A stretch of 64,000 nt of DNA from Mobula hypostoma (GCF_963921235.1 NC_086102.1:137020001-137084000); one strand, 5' to 3'. Numbered from the stretch's first letter, positions 51,895 through 64,000 are shown. Notes: generated by a model from the sequence alone, not told the origin. Translations and numbers: made by a program.

Positions 51895-53159
51895 ATACAT
51901 CAAAGTTGCTGGTGAACGCAGCAGGCCAAGCAGCATCTATAGGAAGAGGCGCAGTCGACGTTTCAGGCCGAGACCCTTCGTCAGGACTAACTGAAGGAAG
52001 AGTGAGTAAGGGATTTGAAAGCTAGAGGGGGAGGGGGAGATGCAAAATGATAGGAGAAGACAGGAGGGGGAGGGATAGAGCCAAGAGCTGGACAGGTGAT
52101 AGGCAAAAGGGGATACAAGAGGATCATGGGACAGGAGGTCCGGGAAGAAAGACAAGGGGGGGGGGTGACCCAGAGGATGGGCAAGAGGTATATTCAGAGG
52201 GACAGAGGGAGAAAAAGGAGAGTGAGAGAAAGAATGTGTGCATAAAAATGAGTAACAGATGGGGTACGAGGGGGAGGTGGGGCCTTAGCGGAAGTTAGAG
52301 AAGTCAATGTTCATGCCATCAGGTTGGAGGCTACCCAGACGGAATATAAGGTGTTGTTCCTCCAACCTGAGTGTGGCTTCATCTTTACAGTAGAGGAGGC
52401 CGTGGATAGACATGTCAGAATGGGAATGGGATGTGGAATTAAAATGTGTGGCCACTGGGAGATCCTACTTTCTCTGGCGGACAGAGCGTAGATGTTCAGC
52501 AAAGCGGTCTCCCAGTCTGCGTCGGGTCTCACCAATATATAAAAGGCCACATCGGGAGCACCGGACGCAGTATATCACCCCAGTCGACTCACAGGTGAAG
52601 TGATGCCTCACCTGGAAAGACTGTTTGGGGCCCTGAATGGTGGTAAGGGAGGAAGTGTAAGGGCATGTGCAGCACTTGTTCCGCTTACACGGATAAGTGC
52701 CAGGAGGGAGATCAGTGGGGAGGGATGGAGGAGACGAATGGACAAGGGAGTTGTGTAGGGAGCGATCCCTGCGGAATGCAGAGAGAGGAGGAGAGGGAAA
52801 GATGTGCTTAGTGGTGGGATCCCGTTGGAGGTGGCGGAAGTTACGGAGAATAATATGTTGGACCCGGAGGCTGGTGGGGTGGTAGGTGAGGACCAGGGGA
52901 ACCCTATTGCTAGTGGGGTGGTGGGAGGATGGAGTGAGAGCAGATGTGCGTGAAATGGGGGAGATGCGTTTAAGAGCAGAGTTGATAGTGGAGGAAGGGA
53001 AGCCCCTTTCTTTAAAAAATGAAGACATCTCCCTCGTCCTAGAATGAAAAGCCTCATCCTGAGAGCAGATGCGGCGGAGACGGAGGAATTGCGAGAAGGG
53101 GATGGCGTTTTTGCAAGAGACAGGGTGAGAAGAGGAATAGTCCAGATTTAATAGTCCAG
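51895..53159 (-). mobile_element. 5'-truncated Penelope-like element (GIY-YIG endonuclease) inserted in L1 ORF2
   Basis: VIYCVRCSRCGLLYIGETRRRLGDRFAEH; 15-bp TSD aattaaacaaggaac at 51880 and 53160. Confidence 0.92.
51953..51988 (-). ncRNA. Minimal type I hammerhead ribozyme in the Penelope terminal repeat
   Basis: AGUC-CUGACGA-AGGGUCUCGGCCU-GAAACGUC-GACU: full core, stem I AGUC/GACU, palindromic ACGU stem III and a GUC cleavage triplet. Confidence 0.75.
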
Positions 53160-56100
53160 AATTAAACAAGGAACCCATAAGTCAAAGCAAAAATGGGAAA
53201 CAGATCTGAATATTAATATTGATGAAATAAATTGGTCAAGACTTTGTCTGGACAGTATGACAAATACAATAAATGTTCGACTTAGATTAGTACAATATAA
53301 TTTTTTACACCAATTATATATTACACCACAAAAAATAAATAGATTAAATTCAAATCTATCTGATAAATGTTTTCGGTGTAATCAAGAAATTGGTACTTTT
53401 TTATATTCTACTTGGTCTTGTTTTAAAATTCAACCCTTTTGGATAAATTTAAGAGTCTTATTGGAACAAATTACTGGAATTCAACTTCCACATAACCCTG
53501 TATTATTTCTATTAGGTGATATTGAAGGGATAAAACGGAAACTTAAATTGAATAAATATCAGAAAGAATTTATAAAAATTGCATTGGCAGTAGCTAAGAA
53601 GACTATAGCAGTTACTTGGAAATCTGATTCGTATTTAAGTATGGATCGTTGGAATAATGAAATGGCTAGTTCTATTCCACTTGAAAAAATTACTTATAAT
53701 GTAAAGAGATAATTATCTAACATTCTTGAATATTTGGCGCCCTTATTTACAAAAGATAGGATGTCATATTTAAGTGCTCCGACAAAGAATTTGGTTACTT
53801 GGGGAAAATAACGAATAATTATACCAAATTTATTTTGAATCCCATGGAGCATGTGGAAACCTTCCAATACCCAGGCGGCTCTTCTTTTTTTTTCTCTTTC
53901 TTTCTTTTAGGTAGACTACATATATGGGGGGGGAGTGTTAAGGGGGGGGGTAGATTTTATCTTTTCATGTATTCTTTTTGAAAATTCAATAAAAATTATA
54001 TTAAAAAAACATGGCTTTGTGTGTGGTAGATCACACACGAACTAACTATCTAGCTAACTAGCTAACTAACTATCTAATTTACCTAACTATCTAACCAACC
54101 TTATGGAGTTTTTTGAGAAAGTTACCAGGGAAGTTTATGAATACAAGGCAGTAGATATTGTCTACGTGGGCTTCAGCGAGGCCTTTGACAAGGTCCCACA
54201 TGGGAGAGTAGTCAAGGATTTTCAGTCGTTTGGTATTCAAGATGAGGTAGTAAATTGGATTAGACATTGACTTTATGCAAGAAGTCAAAGAGTGCAGTAG
54301 ATGATTGCCTCTCCGACTGGAGGCCTGTGGCTAGTGGTGTGCCACAGGGAGCAGTTCTGGGTCCATTGTTGTTTGTCATCTATATCAACGATCTGGATGA
54401 TAATGTGGTTAATTAGATCAACACATTTGTAGATGACACCAAGTTTGGGGGTATAGTGAAGAGTGAGGAAGGCTGTCATGGCTGGCAGTGGGATCTGAAC
54501 CAGCTAGAAAATGTACTGAAAAATGATAGATGGCATTTAATGCAGACAAGTATGTGGTGTTGCACTTCGGTAGGACCAACCAGGATAGGTCTTACACAGT
54601 GAACAGTAGGGCACTGAGGAGTGTGATAGAACAATGGGGATCTGGGAATACAGGTCCATAATTCATCGAAAGTGGCATCACAGGTAGATAGTCATAAAGA
54701 AAGCTTTCGGCACATTGATCAACGTATCATCTCTCACACTATCAAGTACATATATCAATGTATTGATGGGATGTTATGTTGAAGTTGTATAAGATATTGG
54801 TGAGGCCTGATTTGAAGTATTGTGTGCAATTTTGGTCACCGACCTACAGGAAAGATGTAAATAAGGTTGAAAAAGAGCAAAGAAAATTTACAAGGGTTTT
54901 GCAAGGTTTGGAAGACCTGGACTATAAGGAAAAATTGTATAAATAAGGTTTTACTTACTTGGCATGGAGAAGATAGAGAGGAGATTTGATAGAGGTATAC
55001 AAAATTATGAGGGGTATCAATAGAGTAAATAAAAGCAGGCTTTTTCCACTGAGGTTGAATGGGACAACAATCAGAGGTCATGGGTTAAGGGCGAAAGGTG
55101 AAAATTTTAAGGGGAACTTGAGGGAGAACTTCTTCACTCAGAGTGTCATCAGTGTGTGGAACAAGCTGCCAGAAGAAATGGGACAAGCAAGCTAAATTTC
55201 AACATTCAGGCTAAGATTGGATAGGTAGGGGTATGGAGGACTATAGTCCCAATGTATGTCAATGGGAGTACACAGTTTGAATGATTGGCTCTGTCTGGAT
55301 GGGATGAGGGCCTGTTTCTGTGCTGTACTTCTCTAAGACTTTGTGATTTTGTGATAGATCAGCTGGTTGAATGGTCCCACAACAACAAACTGACCTTCAG
55401 CATCATCAAGATCAAGGAACTGATTGTTAACTTCAGGAAGGAGAAGTCGGGAAAGCACACACTAGTCCTCATTCAGGTGTTAGTGGTGGAAAAGGTGAGC
55501 AGTTTCAAGTTACTGAGCATCCACATATCTGTCTTAGTCCCAGCACATTTTTGCAATTAGAAAGGCATTCCAGCAGCTCCAATTCATTAGTAGTTTGAGA
55601 AGATTTGGGATGTCATCAAAGGTCTTTGTGAATTTCTACAGATGTAGAATGATGAGCTTTCAAAATGGTTGCATCGGCATCTGGTATGAAGGCTCCAAGG
55701 CACAAGATTGAAAGATGCTGCAGAGAGTTGTAGACCCAGCAAGCTCCATCACAGGAACACCCCTCACACTATCAAGTACATCTTCAAGAGGCAGAGGCTC
55801 AAGAAAGTGGCATCCTTCAAAAAGACCCTATCCATCTGACACCTGTTGTCCTTTAATTTCTGAAATTGGGAAGGAGGTACAGGAGCCTGAAGACATATAC
55901 TCAACTGTAAACCTTTGGATATTTACCCACCGAACAAGAAAAAAATAAATTTCTCTCTCCCTTCACTTTTCTTCTATTCCCCACTCTGGCTCATATCTCT
56001 TCTCACCTGCCTATCACCTCCCCCTGGGTGCCCTACACATTCCCTTGCTCCTGTCACCCACTCTCCTCTCCTATCAGATTCGTTCCTCTCCAGCACTTCC

Positions 56101-56639
56101 TTTTTCAACCCACCTACTTTCACCTATCACCTCCTTCCCCCTCCCCACCTTTTATTCTGGCATCTTCCCACTTCCTTTCCAGTCCAGAAAAAGAGTAACA
56201 GGTAAACAGCAACAGATTAATGATTTCCATAGAAGATGCCTGACCTGCTGAGTTACTCCAACATTTTGTGTGTGTTGCTTGGATTGCCAGCATCTGCAGA
56301 ATTTCTTGTGTTTATTAATATTAGAGCTGCTGCAATGAGGTAAAAAGTTCATTTCAATGATATCTCATTTCAAAATATGTCTAAACAATCTCGTGGACCC
56401 CACAGTCTCATGCCTTTAATTGGAGATTTTAAACAAAATAAAAAAAAAACAATTTCAACATTCCAAAGATTTCAGATTTGCTGCAGTTGAAAAAAGCAGC
56501 CCAGGATGCATGCCAGCTCATTCAGTGCGTGACCTTAATCTTAAAGCAGAAAACTAGCCAACATGTCAGGAGAGTCCAACAGAAAAAGAAGGTACATCAC
56601 CAGGAGATCTCACTTCTGGAGGTCCCACCAGACAAAGCA

Positions 56640-56820
56640 ACACTCACAACACGCTGGAGGAACTCAGCAGGTTGGGCAGCATCCGTAGAAACGATGAGTC
56701 AACGTTTTGGGCCGGAACCCTTCGTCAGGACTGTAGAGGGAAGGGACTTGACCTGCTGAGTTCCTCCAGTGTGTTGTGAGTGTTGCTTTGACCCCAGCAT
56801 CTGCAGAGTATTTTGTGTTT
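56640..56820. mobile_element. Penelope-derived mini element with inverted termini
   Basis: 40-bp inverted repeat at 56633-56672 and 56751-56790; 13-bp TSD accagacaaagca; degenerate hammerhead inside. Confidence 0.7.
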
Positions 56821-57035
56821 ACCAGACAAAGCAGCTGGCATCACATCAGACGGTCCCAGCAGACAAAGTGGCTGCACCAGCAGATGGCCCCACATCAGGA
56901 GGTCCTACCAGACAAAGGAGATACACTATCACCAAGGGACAAGTGAACATCAGCATAATAACTGGATGAACTCCCGTAGGTCAATGACAACCAAAACAAC
57001 TTCCAGAAGCTGTTCTGTGAATATACCATACAGTA

Positions 57036-57049
57036 TTTATTACTTTATT
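57036..57049 (-). terminator. Tandem AATAAA polyadenylation signals, copy C
   Basis: Homologous doublet. Confidence 0.7.
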
Positions 57050-57266
57050 TTGATCCACAATATATTAAACAATAATATACAACAAAAGACAGAACACTTA
57101 CAAACAATCAAATCTCCCATTTACAACAAAATTTACAGTCAGGAGCTCCAGGCCCCTCAGTCTTGGACATGAGTGAGTACAGTACAATTGTTAACATCTG
57201 GTAGATTCTGAATGAGGTCTTCTTGTGTTCACATTGAATTCAGACTCTGTGGAGTTTCATTCATGG

Positions 57267-60200
57267 TCAGTGCAGGGCTCTAGAGTCCTCATTTTGTTCC
57301 TGGAATGGAAAGATGAACAGATTTGTAATTTTCAGCTCAACTGAGCTCACTCTAACATCAATGTTCTGTCATTAATTTTAATGATGATCACATCAGACAC
57401 AAAGCTTTAGTTTATACTTACGTTTGAAGGCTCCTCCAGTGATATTTCTGTTGACTTGCTTTTCATCTGTTTTACGAGAAGAAATTTTGCATTTTAGAAC
57501 GTTTCCAGATGCACAGTTTAATGAGATTTAGTTTCTAAATTATTAAGTAGAACCACTTTAAAATCAGAATTGCACAGCACTGAGAGATTCATATCATACA
57601 ATCAGTCTGAATTTCAGCAAAATATTAACATAATAAGACTCTAAGATAGTTTATTACAAAGGACGTCATCATCTTGGAGAAGGTGCCAACAAAAATTGTA
57701 AGTGTATTACTTGTACTGCAGGGGTTGTGTTATAAGGAGAGGCTGTGTAGGTGAGGTGTTGTTTCCATGGAGTGCAAGAAAGTAGGGGAAGACATAAAAG
57801 AGGTTTACAAAATTATGAGGTGAATAGATAAGGCAAATAGCCATATTTTCCACAGGGGAAGTCTAAAATTAGAGAGTATAATTTTAAATTGAAAGGGGAA
57901 AGATTCAGAAGTGATCTGAGGGGCAACTTTTTCAAGCAGAGATGGTGGGTTTATGGAATGAACTGCCAGTCAAATTGGTGGAGTTGGGTACATATATGAC
58001 ATTTAAAATGCATTTGGATGATTCCATGAATAGGAACATTTTTAAGAGATGTAGGCAAAATGGGATTACATTACGTAAGCAACTTGGTCAGCACAGATGA
58101 ATTGGTTGAGAGGACCTGTTTCTGCATTGTACAACTCTATGACTCTATTAATCTAAGACAGATGATTTATTCCTTCAGTGGGTCATGATGTGCTGACATC
58201 GGTTCTTTACGATTGTTATAGCTGGAGGTGGTAATAGGGATAAGCTCCCTCTACCTATTAAATGCCACCAATGGTGTGTATCTCAAATAGTTCTGGCAAC
58301 CAAGTCAAGATCCTGGCCTTCATGCGTGCCTTAGCTACTAAGCCTGGTTGAACAGTTTCTACTGACGGGAGAAAGTGCGAAGGTGGTTTACTGGTGCCTT
58401 GAAATAAGTCCTTTGGGCAGATGGGGCACCTCAGCCATGCTTTCCTTCTTGGAGAAGGAAATCTCTGATCTCAACCTCCGCTGCTTTGTGGTTATAGCGG
58501 CTCACATGATAGGGTGCGGGAATAAACCACAAGGAAAACTTTGGAGCAGCAGTCCCTAAGGAAATCCTATATTGATTTCAAAGCTGACTGGCAACTCCTC
58601 TGACACCAGTGGTGCCAATCTGTAACAGTCTCTGCCGTCCTTTTGATTCATCAACTGCGTGAGGAGGATGAGCAACAGTTTGCTCTCCATATCATTCTGC
58701 CCTGCCTTGTGCACTGGCTTGCTTAACAAATGCAATGGATTCTCCTTTCATGAAAACACTAGTTATGTCTTCCCACAAACCAGGATTGACCCCAGGTGAG
58801 AGTGCCCTTTCAAATTCTATTTCAAACTAAAGTGAAGAACAAACTCACACTCAGGGTGAAGTTGGTCATCCTCAGGAAATGAATAGAGAATACTTTAGAG
58901 AATTTGTGCATTAATGTGCTATCCTCTCCCTGCTCTAGGTAGTCATTTAATCATGTTTGCCCAACTATGGTTTCACCATGTATTATGATTGAAAATCAAT
59001 AGATAAAAATTCCATTGATTAGACTTACATTGGAAGACTCCTCATTTGATGTCTCTTTTGATTTGCTCTCTACCTACATGAAAAGAATCAAAATTTATAT
59101 GCTTAGCATGTTAATCAATGAAAATTTGTCAAGTAACCTTTGAACAAAACCTTTAATGATTTAATTACATGTAAACCTACATTTATCATGATTTGTGCTT
59201 CAGTATTGCAGTGGAGAAGTGTTCCTCAGAACAATTACATTCTGTACAATGATCAACATCGCCTGGATAATGTGAGGTGTGGGGGTTAGTATATTATTTG
59301 GGTAACAATATCACTCACACTCAATTAATTGGCATTGGATATATTGAAGCTGCTCTGCACCAACTCTTGGTCTCTGTAATTGGTGATTGTTACAGACATC
59401 ACCCTCATGTCTAGTACCCAATCTTCTTGATATCCAGCTCACTTTATCCTTGAGGGAAAGCAAACTCATTCTCTGTATTGGAACCCCTCAGTCAAACTTC
59501 CCCATAGGAATCAAACATCACAATACCTTTCCCAATGCACCAACGTATCTTATATCTTATTCTCTAAATGGCCCACTCTCTTTCTATTCTGACATAGTTG
59601 AATCTAAGATGTTTAACATATTTACATAGCGTCAAGGTCAAAAAGATCATCTGATTTTTTTTTTCCATTTATACTTACATCAGCTGAATCCTCAAGAGAT
59701 GTCTCATTTGATTTGCCTTTTTCCTGTATGGAAATAATATTTATATGTTTACCACAGGACACTGATGAATTTTGAAAATACATGAACTGAAAAATTCCTG
59801 CTTGGACAAGTATTAAATATTGAATTATCATGGAGTTTTTGTTCTCTCTGGGCATTTCAGCAACAAATGCAGCAGGCCATTGGGAAGGCATATTGACTTT
59901 ATTGCAGGAGGATTTGAAAAGAGGGATACTAAAATTGTAGTGATCCCTGTATTGTGTAGTTTTGGTCTGCTCTCTGAAAATGGATCTGCATGAGGTAGTG
60001 GATACAGCAATGGTATATTTTCCTGGAAAGATGCATATGCCACATAAGAAGAGGATGAATTGTGTTGGATAATTTGGATAATCATTACAGGTTAAAACAA
60101 TGAGGGGTTATTGCCTGACCATGAGCAAAATTATGAGAGGGTTTGATTGGTAATGTAGGTATGTTTCTGCCAGTCGAAGCATTGAGAGCTTGGCTCATGT

Positions 60201-62659
60201 CTCAAACTAGGTGCTTGTCCAATGAGGAATGAGGTGAAACTCAAATGGTGAATCTTTGAAATTCACTGTCCCCAGAGAGCTGTGAAGGCTCAATCATGAG
60301 TTCATTCAAAACAGGGATTGGTGGATTGTTGGATATTAAGGGAAACAAGACTTACAGTTTTACTATAGAAAAATGGTTTGAGGTGGGATCTAGCGAATAT
60401 TCAATATTCTCTGTCTTCTCACCCCCACTGTCTGGAACAGGCCAAGAATGAATTAAGATTCTCATACTCTATTCTGACAGATCAATCTAGGTTTCACATC
60501 TTATTGAGAAATTGAAGATACCAGAAAACATTCCCAGCAATTAACAGACCAGAATACTGAATTACGAATGAAGAGCTATTAATCATGACATTTCGGAATG
60601 ATGTTCCCATTACTTAGCATTAGATTGCAGGGGCTTCAATAAAAAGACTACCCCCAATACTACATTGATATTCAAAAAAAGTGCTTGGCTACAGTAAACA
60701 CCTGGAGCAGAGTGAATAGATGTTCCTACAATAGATGGCACAGGCACCATGCCATCTGCTTTATTGAATCCATGGAAGGAATGGTACTTCGTGAATCTCA
60801 GTGATGAGAGTTTGTCAGACACTTCTCCTGTAGTCCTGTTCTGCTGATGCTCAGCTCATCTTCAGCAGAGAACAAACTCATCATGCACTGAAATCTAATA
60901 TTAGAATCCCCTCCTTACACATCAGACTGGGACACATGCTGTCTCATCCACTATTCCTAATGGAGAGCTTAACATTTCATTGCAAACAATTATAATCACC
61001 TCATCATGAACAATTGAGATCAACAAGATAAAATCTGATAAATTACTGATTAATACTCACATTTGAGGTTTCCTCAGGCGATGTTTCTTTTGATTTGCTT
61101 TGTCCCTGTAAGATAAAGATATTTATTTTTAGATCTTCAGCATACATAAACAATGAAATGTTCGGTAAAGGATCTTATGCTAGAAATTCCATTGTCCTGA
61201 ATTGTATGAATGCAGTTACCTCAATACTGTTTTCACTTGTTTCTGTTGAGTCACTCTCGCTGTCAACTGTCGACAGACCGTCACACTCCACTTCGACATC
61301 AGCTACCTTATCAGCAAGAAATTCCACATGGCTTTTGCAAAACCCTTTCTCCTGTTGGAATGAAGCATAATGCATGGAAATCATTCCTTATTGCAAGCAA
61401 GACACAAAACCAACATGATTATGATCTAACTCAACCAATGTGACCTAGCCTTTGCTTTGATATAACTGCATATGTATGGTCATTTACATGAAAAAGGTTG
61501 TAATTAAAGCCCGTGTTTTGATGCTACGACACACACGGACTTGCATGATCTAAGATATAACTCTGGACTCACCGCAATGTTTTTAGGGCGGAAGAAACAG
61601 CTGGGATCATCAAATTCCTGTCCAGAATTCTTGGAGCAGATAGTTTCTTTCACGGAGAATGTTAAATCTACATTGTACGACAGTTTACCTGTACGATATG
61701 TCTGAAGAAAGGAAACAAGATTATTGGTGAACTATTATGTCTGGTGTTCTTACAGTGATTGATAAAACTTAGAGTTACACAGGGCTTTATTTCCAGCAGA
61801 TGATAACATGGATAGTGTCTGAGCAATCAACCAAAATGGACAATGCATTTAATTTTCCCAATGATAAGATTACCATTTAAACCATCATGAATAGGGATAC
61901 ATAGCTGCATAGTTTTCAGGAACGCTTAATTATTGGAGGTAATTAGTAAACAAAATTGGGAAAGCATTCAAATCAAAGACTGGTTGAACTTCCAAACTTA
62001 TTTCCAAAGCTTTGGTCTAATCAAAGTACCACAACTGAAATACTGATGGAGAGTTAAATAGCAGACCACTCTGTACATAATATAATAGTTAGCTCCTGTC
62101 GAACACTTAAGACTTCATCTTATCTTAAAATATATCTCTTACTTAGAATTATGCAGTTTGAGGCCACTCAGCCCTTCAGGCCTATACTGGCTCCCAACAA
62201 ACCAATCCAACCAATCCCATTCCCCCTTCGTCAAATCCCCATGATGTAGCAACTTATTTTCACTATCACAAACATATCTCTCCGTTAATTTGTTTTTTGC
62301 TGTTAAACTACTCAGACTTATCCATAGTTTGTGAAACACAATCAGCCAAAGGCACACTTACATTTGTCACGCCTCTCCTGGTGATACCACAGAGGTTGGT
62401 GATCTCCGTGATTTCATTCAGCTTTATAACTGAAGCTCTCAGAGCTTCCTTGGTGCTTGGCACTCCTGCAGAAAGAGAGGGAAAGTCATACAAGGCATCC
62501 CAACAAAACTCTGTGAATTCTTCTCACACCTGGGTGAAATATCGCTGACTGAAGCTCAGTACCAACAACTTTCTGCTCTCTGATTTTCCGCTCTCCCCAG
62601 TACTTACCTGAGCAGTAGAGGATCTGCACTGCAAAGATGGAAAGCAGGAACGTTTTCAT
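57267..62659 (-). CDS. spp2: SPP2/SPP24-like secreted phosphoprotein, copy C (9 coding exons, ~209 aa)
   Basis: Exons 62659-62608 MKTFLLSIFAVQILYCSG; 62465-62362; 61701-61573 TYRTGKLSYNVDLTFSVKETICSKNSGQEFDDPSCFFRPKNIA; 61351-61220; 61105-61061 GQSKSKETSPEETSN; 59723-59679 EKGKSNETSLEDSAD; 59073-59029 VESKSKETSNEESSN; 57466-57422 MKSKSTEISLEEPSN; 57299-57267 EQNEDSRALH*. The exon-6 homolog is deleted near 60520-60545. Confidence 0.86.
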
Positions 62660-62751
62660 TCTGCCTTGTGTGGAATCAGTCAAATGACTTCTCAGAGTGA
62701 AGGAAATGCTTCTCTCTCTCTCGATCTGCCTTCACCAGGCTGCCTTCAGTC

Positions 62752-62757
62752 TTTATA
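62752..62757 (-). promoter_or_regulatory. TATA box, copy C
   Basis: TATAAA at the homologous position. Confidence 0.75.
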
Positions 62758-64000
62758 TCCTGCAGCTCCACCACATTCAAGCACTGGCTCGTGTTTGTAT
62801 AGCTTGCTGACCGTGGGCACCAAAAGCAGATGAAAGGTGGGTCCAATTATGGGCAAGCTTCCTCCTAGTATCATCATCATGTTTAGGTTTGGTGGGAAAT
62901 TGGGTGAGATCGTGTTTCATTTCTCGGAATATGAAAAAATAAATTTACAGAGAAGAAGAAACAGTCATCACAAACTTGTACAAGGTCACCATGCAGTTAA
63001 ACTAAATTCCGTGATGATTTAACTCCAATGCACATCCAATGTTCAAGGAATGTGCTAGAATTACCAGCACACTGCTGAAAGATAGGTGAAAAATCCGAGG
63101 TATGTTTAGAGAAATCTTCTATTTTTTTATTTTCTATCTACGTTTCTATATAATACTGATGACATTATTAGAGGTAAAGAGGCTTTGTGCGTAGTTGGGA
63201 GAAGTTGTGCAATGACTGTTGCAGGAATATCACCAGTCAGAGTTAGTATCTTCAAACTGAGTGTACAATTGAGAAGTAATTGACTATGGACAGGGGAATT
63301 TCAACACAAATCACAGTATTAATGGCAGGATTCTTAGGAGTGTGGAGGAACAGAGGAATCTTGGATCCATGCCCATTGATTACCTCAAAGTTGCAGCAAA
63401 AGTTGACAAAGTTGTTAAGAAGGCGTTTGGTGTGTTGGCCTTCATCAGCTGGTGAACTGAGGTCAAGTGCCATGAGGTAATGTTGTAGCTCTAAAAACCC
63501 TGGTCAGATCACACTTCAAATATTGTTTTCAGTTCTGGTTGTCACAATATGGATTCAAATACATTTCAAATAGATTTAAGTTAATTTCACATGTGTGCAT
63601 CGAAACGTCCAACACACCTGAGGCTCTGCTGGGAGCATCCCCCAAGTTCCTCCACACATTCCAGCGTCAGTTTAGCAGGCCGCAATACTCAGCAGAACAA
63701 TACAGAATACAACAAGCAACAAACCACAACAGCAAAAACAAGCCCTGTTCCTCACTCCCACCCAGGCACGTGTACAATCCTTTAAACCCTGTACAAGCAC
63801 TGGGCTTTGACCTCCCCAGCAGAGGTTCACAGACTGTCAGGGATCGGTGCTGGGTCTTTTGTTCTTTATCATCTCTATCAATGGTCTGGATGAAAATGTT
63901 GTTAACTGGATCACCAAATTTGCAGATGACAAGAAGATTGGGAGTGTAGTGACAGCAAAGAAGACTATCAAAGAAAACTACTGCAAAGATACAGGCACTT

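Larger units (their letters stand above)
48715..53712 (+). pseudogene. L1 ORF2 (APE endonuclease and RT), disrupted
   Basis: SFNVNGLN, FLQETH, GGDFN, SDH, RQGCPLSP, FADD and YLG motifs. Frameshift near 51250, stop at 51454, Penelope insertion, C-terminal CFRC region at 53257-53712. Confidence 0.9.
46986..54007 (+). mobile_element. Full-length L1-clade LINE
   Basis: 16-bp TSD aacatggctt(c/t)gtgtg at 46970 and 54008; ORF1 and ORF2; AATAAA at 53988 and a short A tail. Confidence 0.93.
44290..55335 (+). mobile_element. Long decayed CR1-like LINE (esterase-type ORF1 plus ORF2) hosting an L1 insertion; ends approximate
   Basis: IVRGTE..CCLP..VVVHVGGND esterase motifs near 44710-44880; GLYYRP and GDFNFP endonuclease motifs; the RT resumes after 54008. 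Confidence 0.75.

Overview
Eukaryotic genomic DNA, almost certainly from a cartilaginous fish (probably a ray; inferred from the repeat landscape, not proven). The window is part of a tandem array with a unit of about 22-25 kb. It holds three complete minus-strand copies of a multi-exon secreted gene (ATGs at 14967, 37364, 62659), plus the upstream region of a fourth copy lying left of base 1. The ORF track misses the gene because its exons are tiny. Spliced by hand, each copy encodes a signal peptide and an SPP2/SPP24-type cystatin domain. This is followed by a tail built from tandem 45-nt phase-0 mini-exons, each a 15-aa Ser/Glu-rich unit packed with S-x-E (FAM20C-type) motifs. That is casein/SCPP-like architecture on a cystatin scaffold. 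One mini-exon is intact in copy A (where it reads SSSEE), splice-dead in copy B and deleted in copy C. The rest is a dense, nested transposon landscape: a near-intact Gypsy in a CR1, a Penelope (with an intact minimal hammerhead ribozyme) in an L1 in a CR1, a HERO-like fragment, tRNA SINEs and solo LTRs. There is one 156-N assembly gap.
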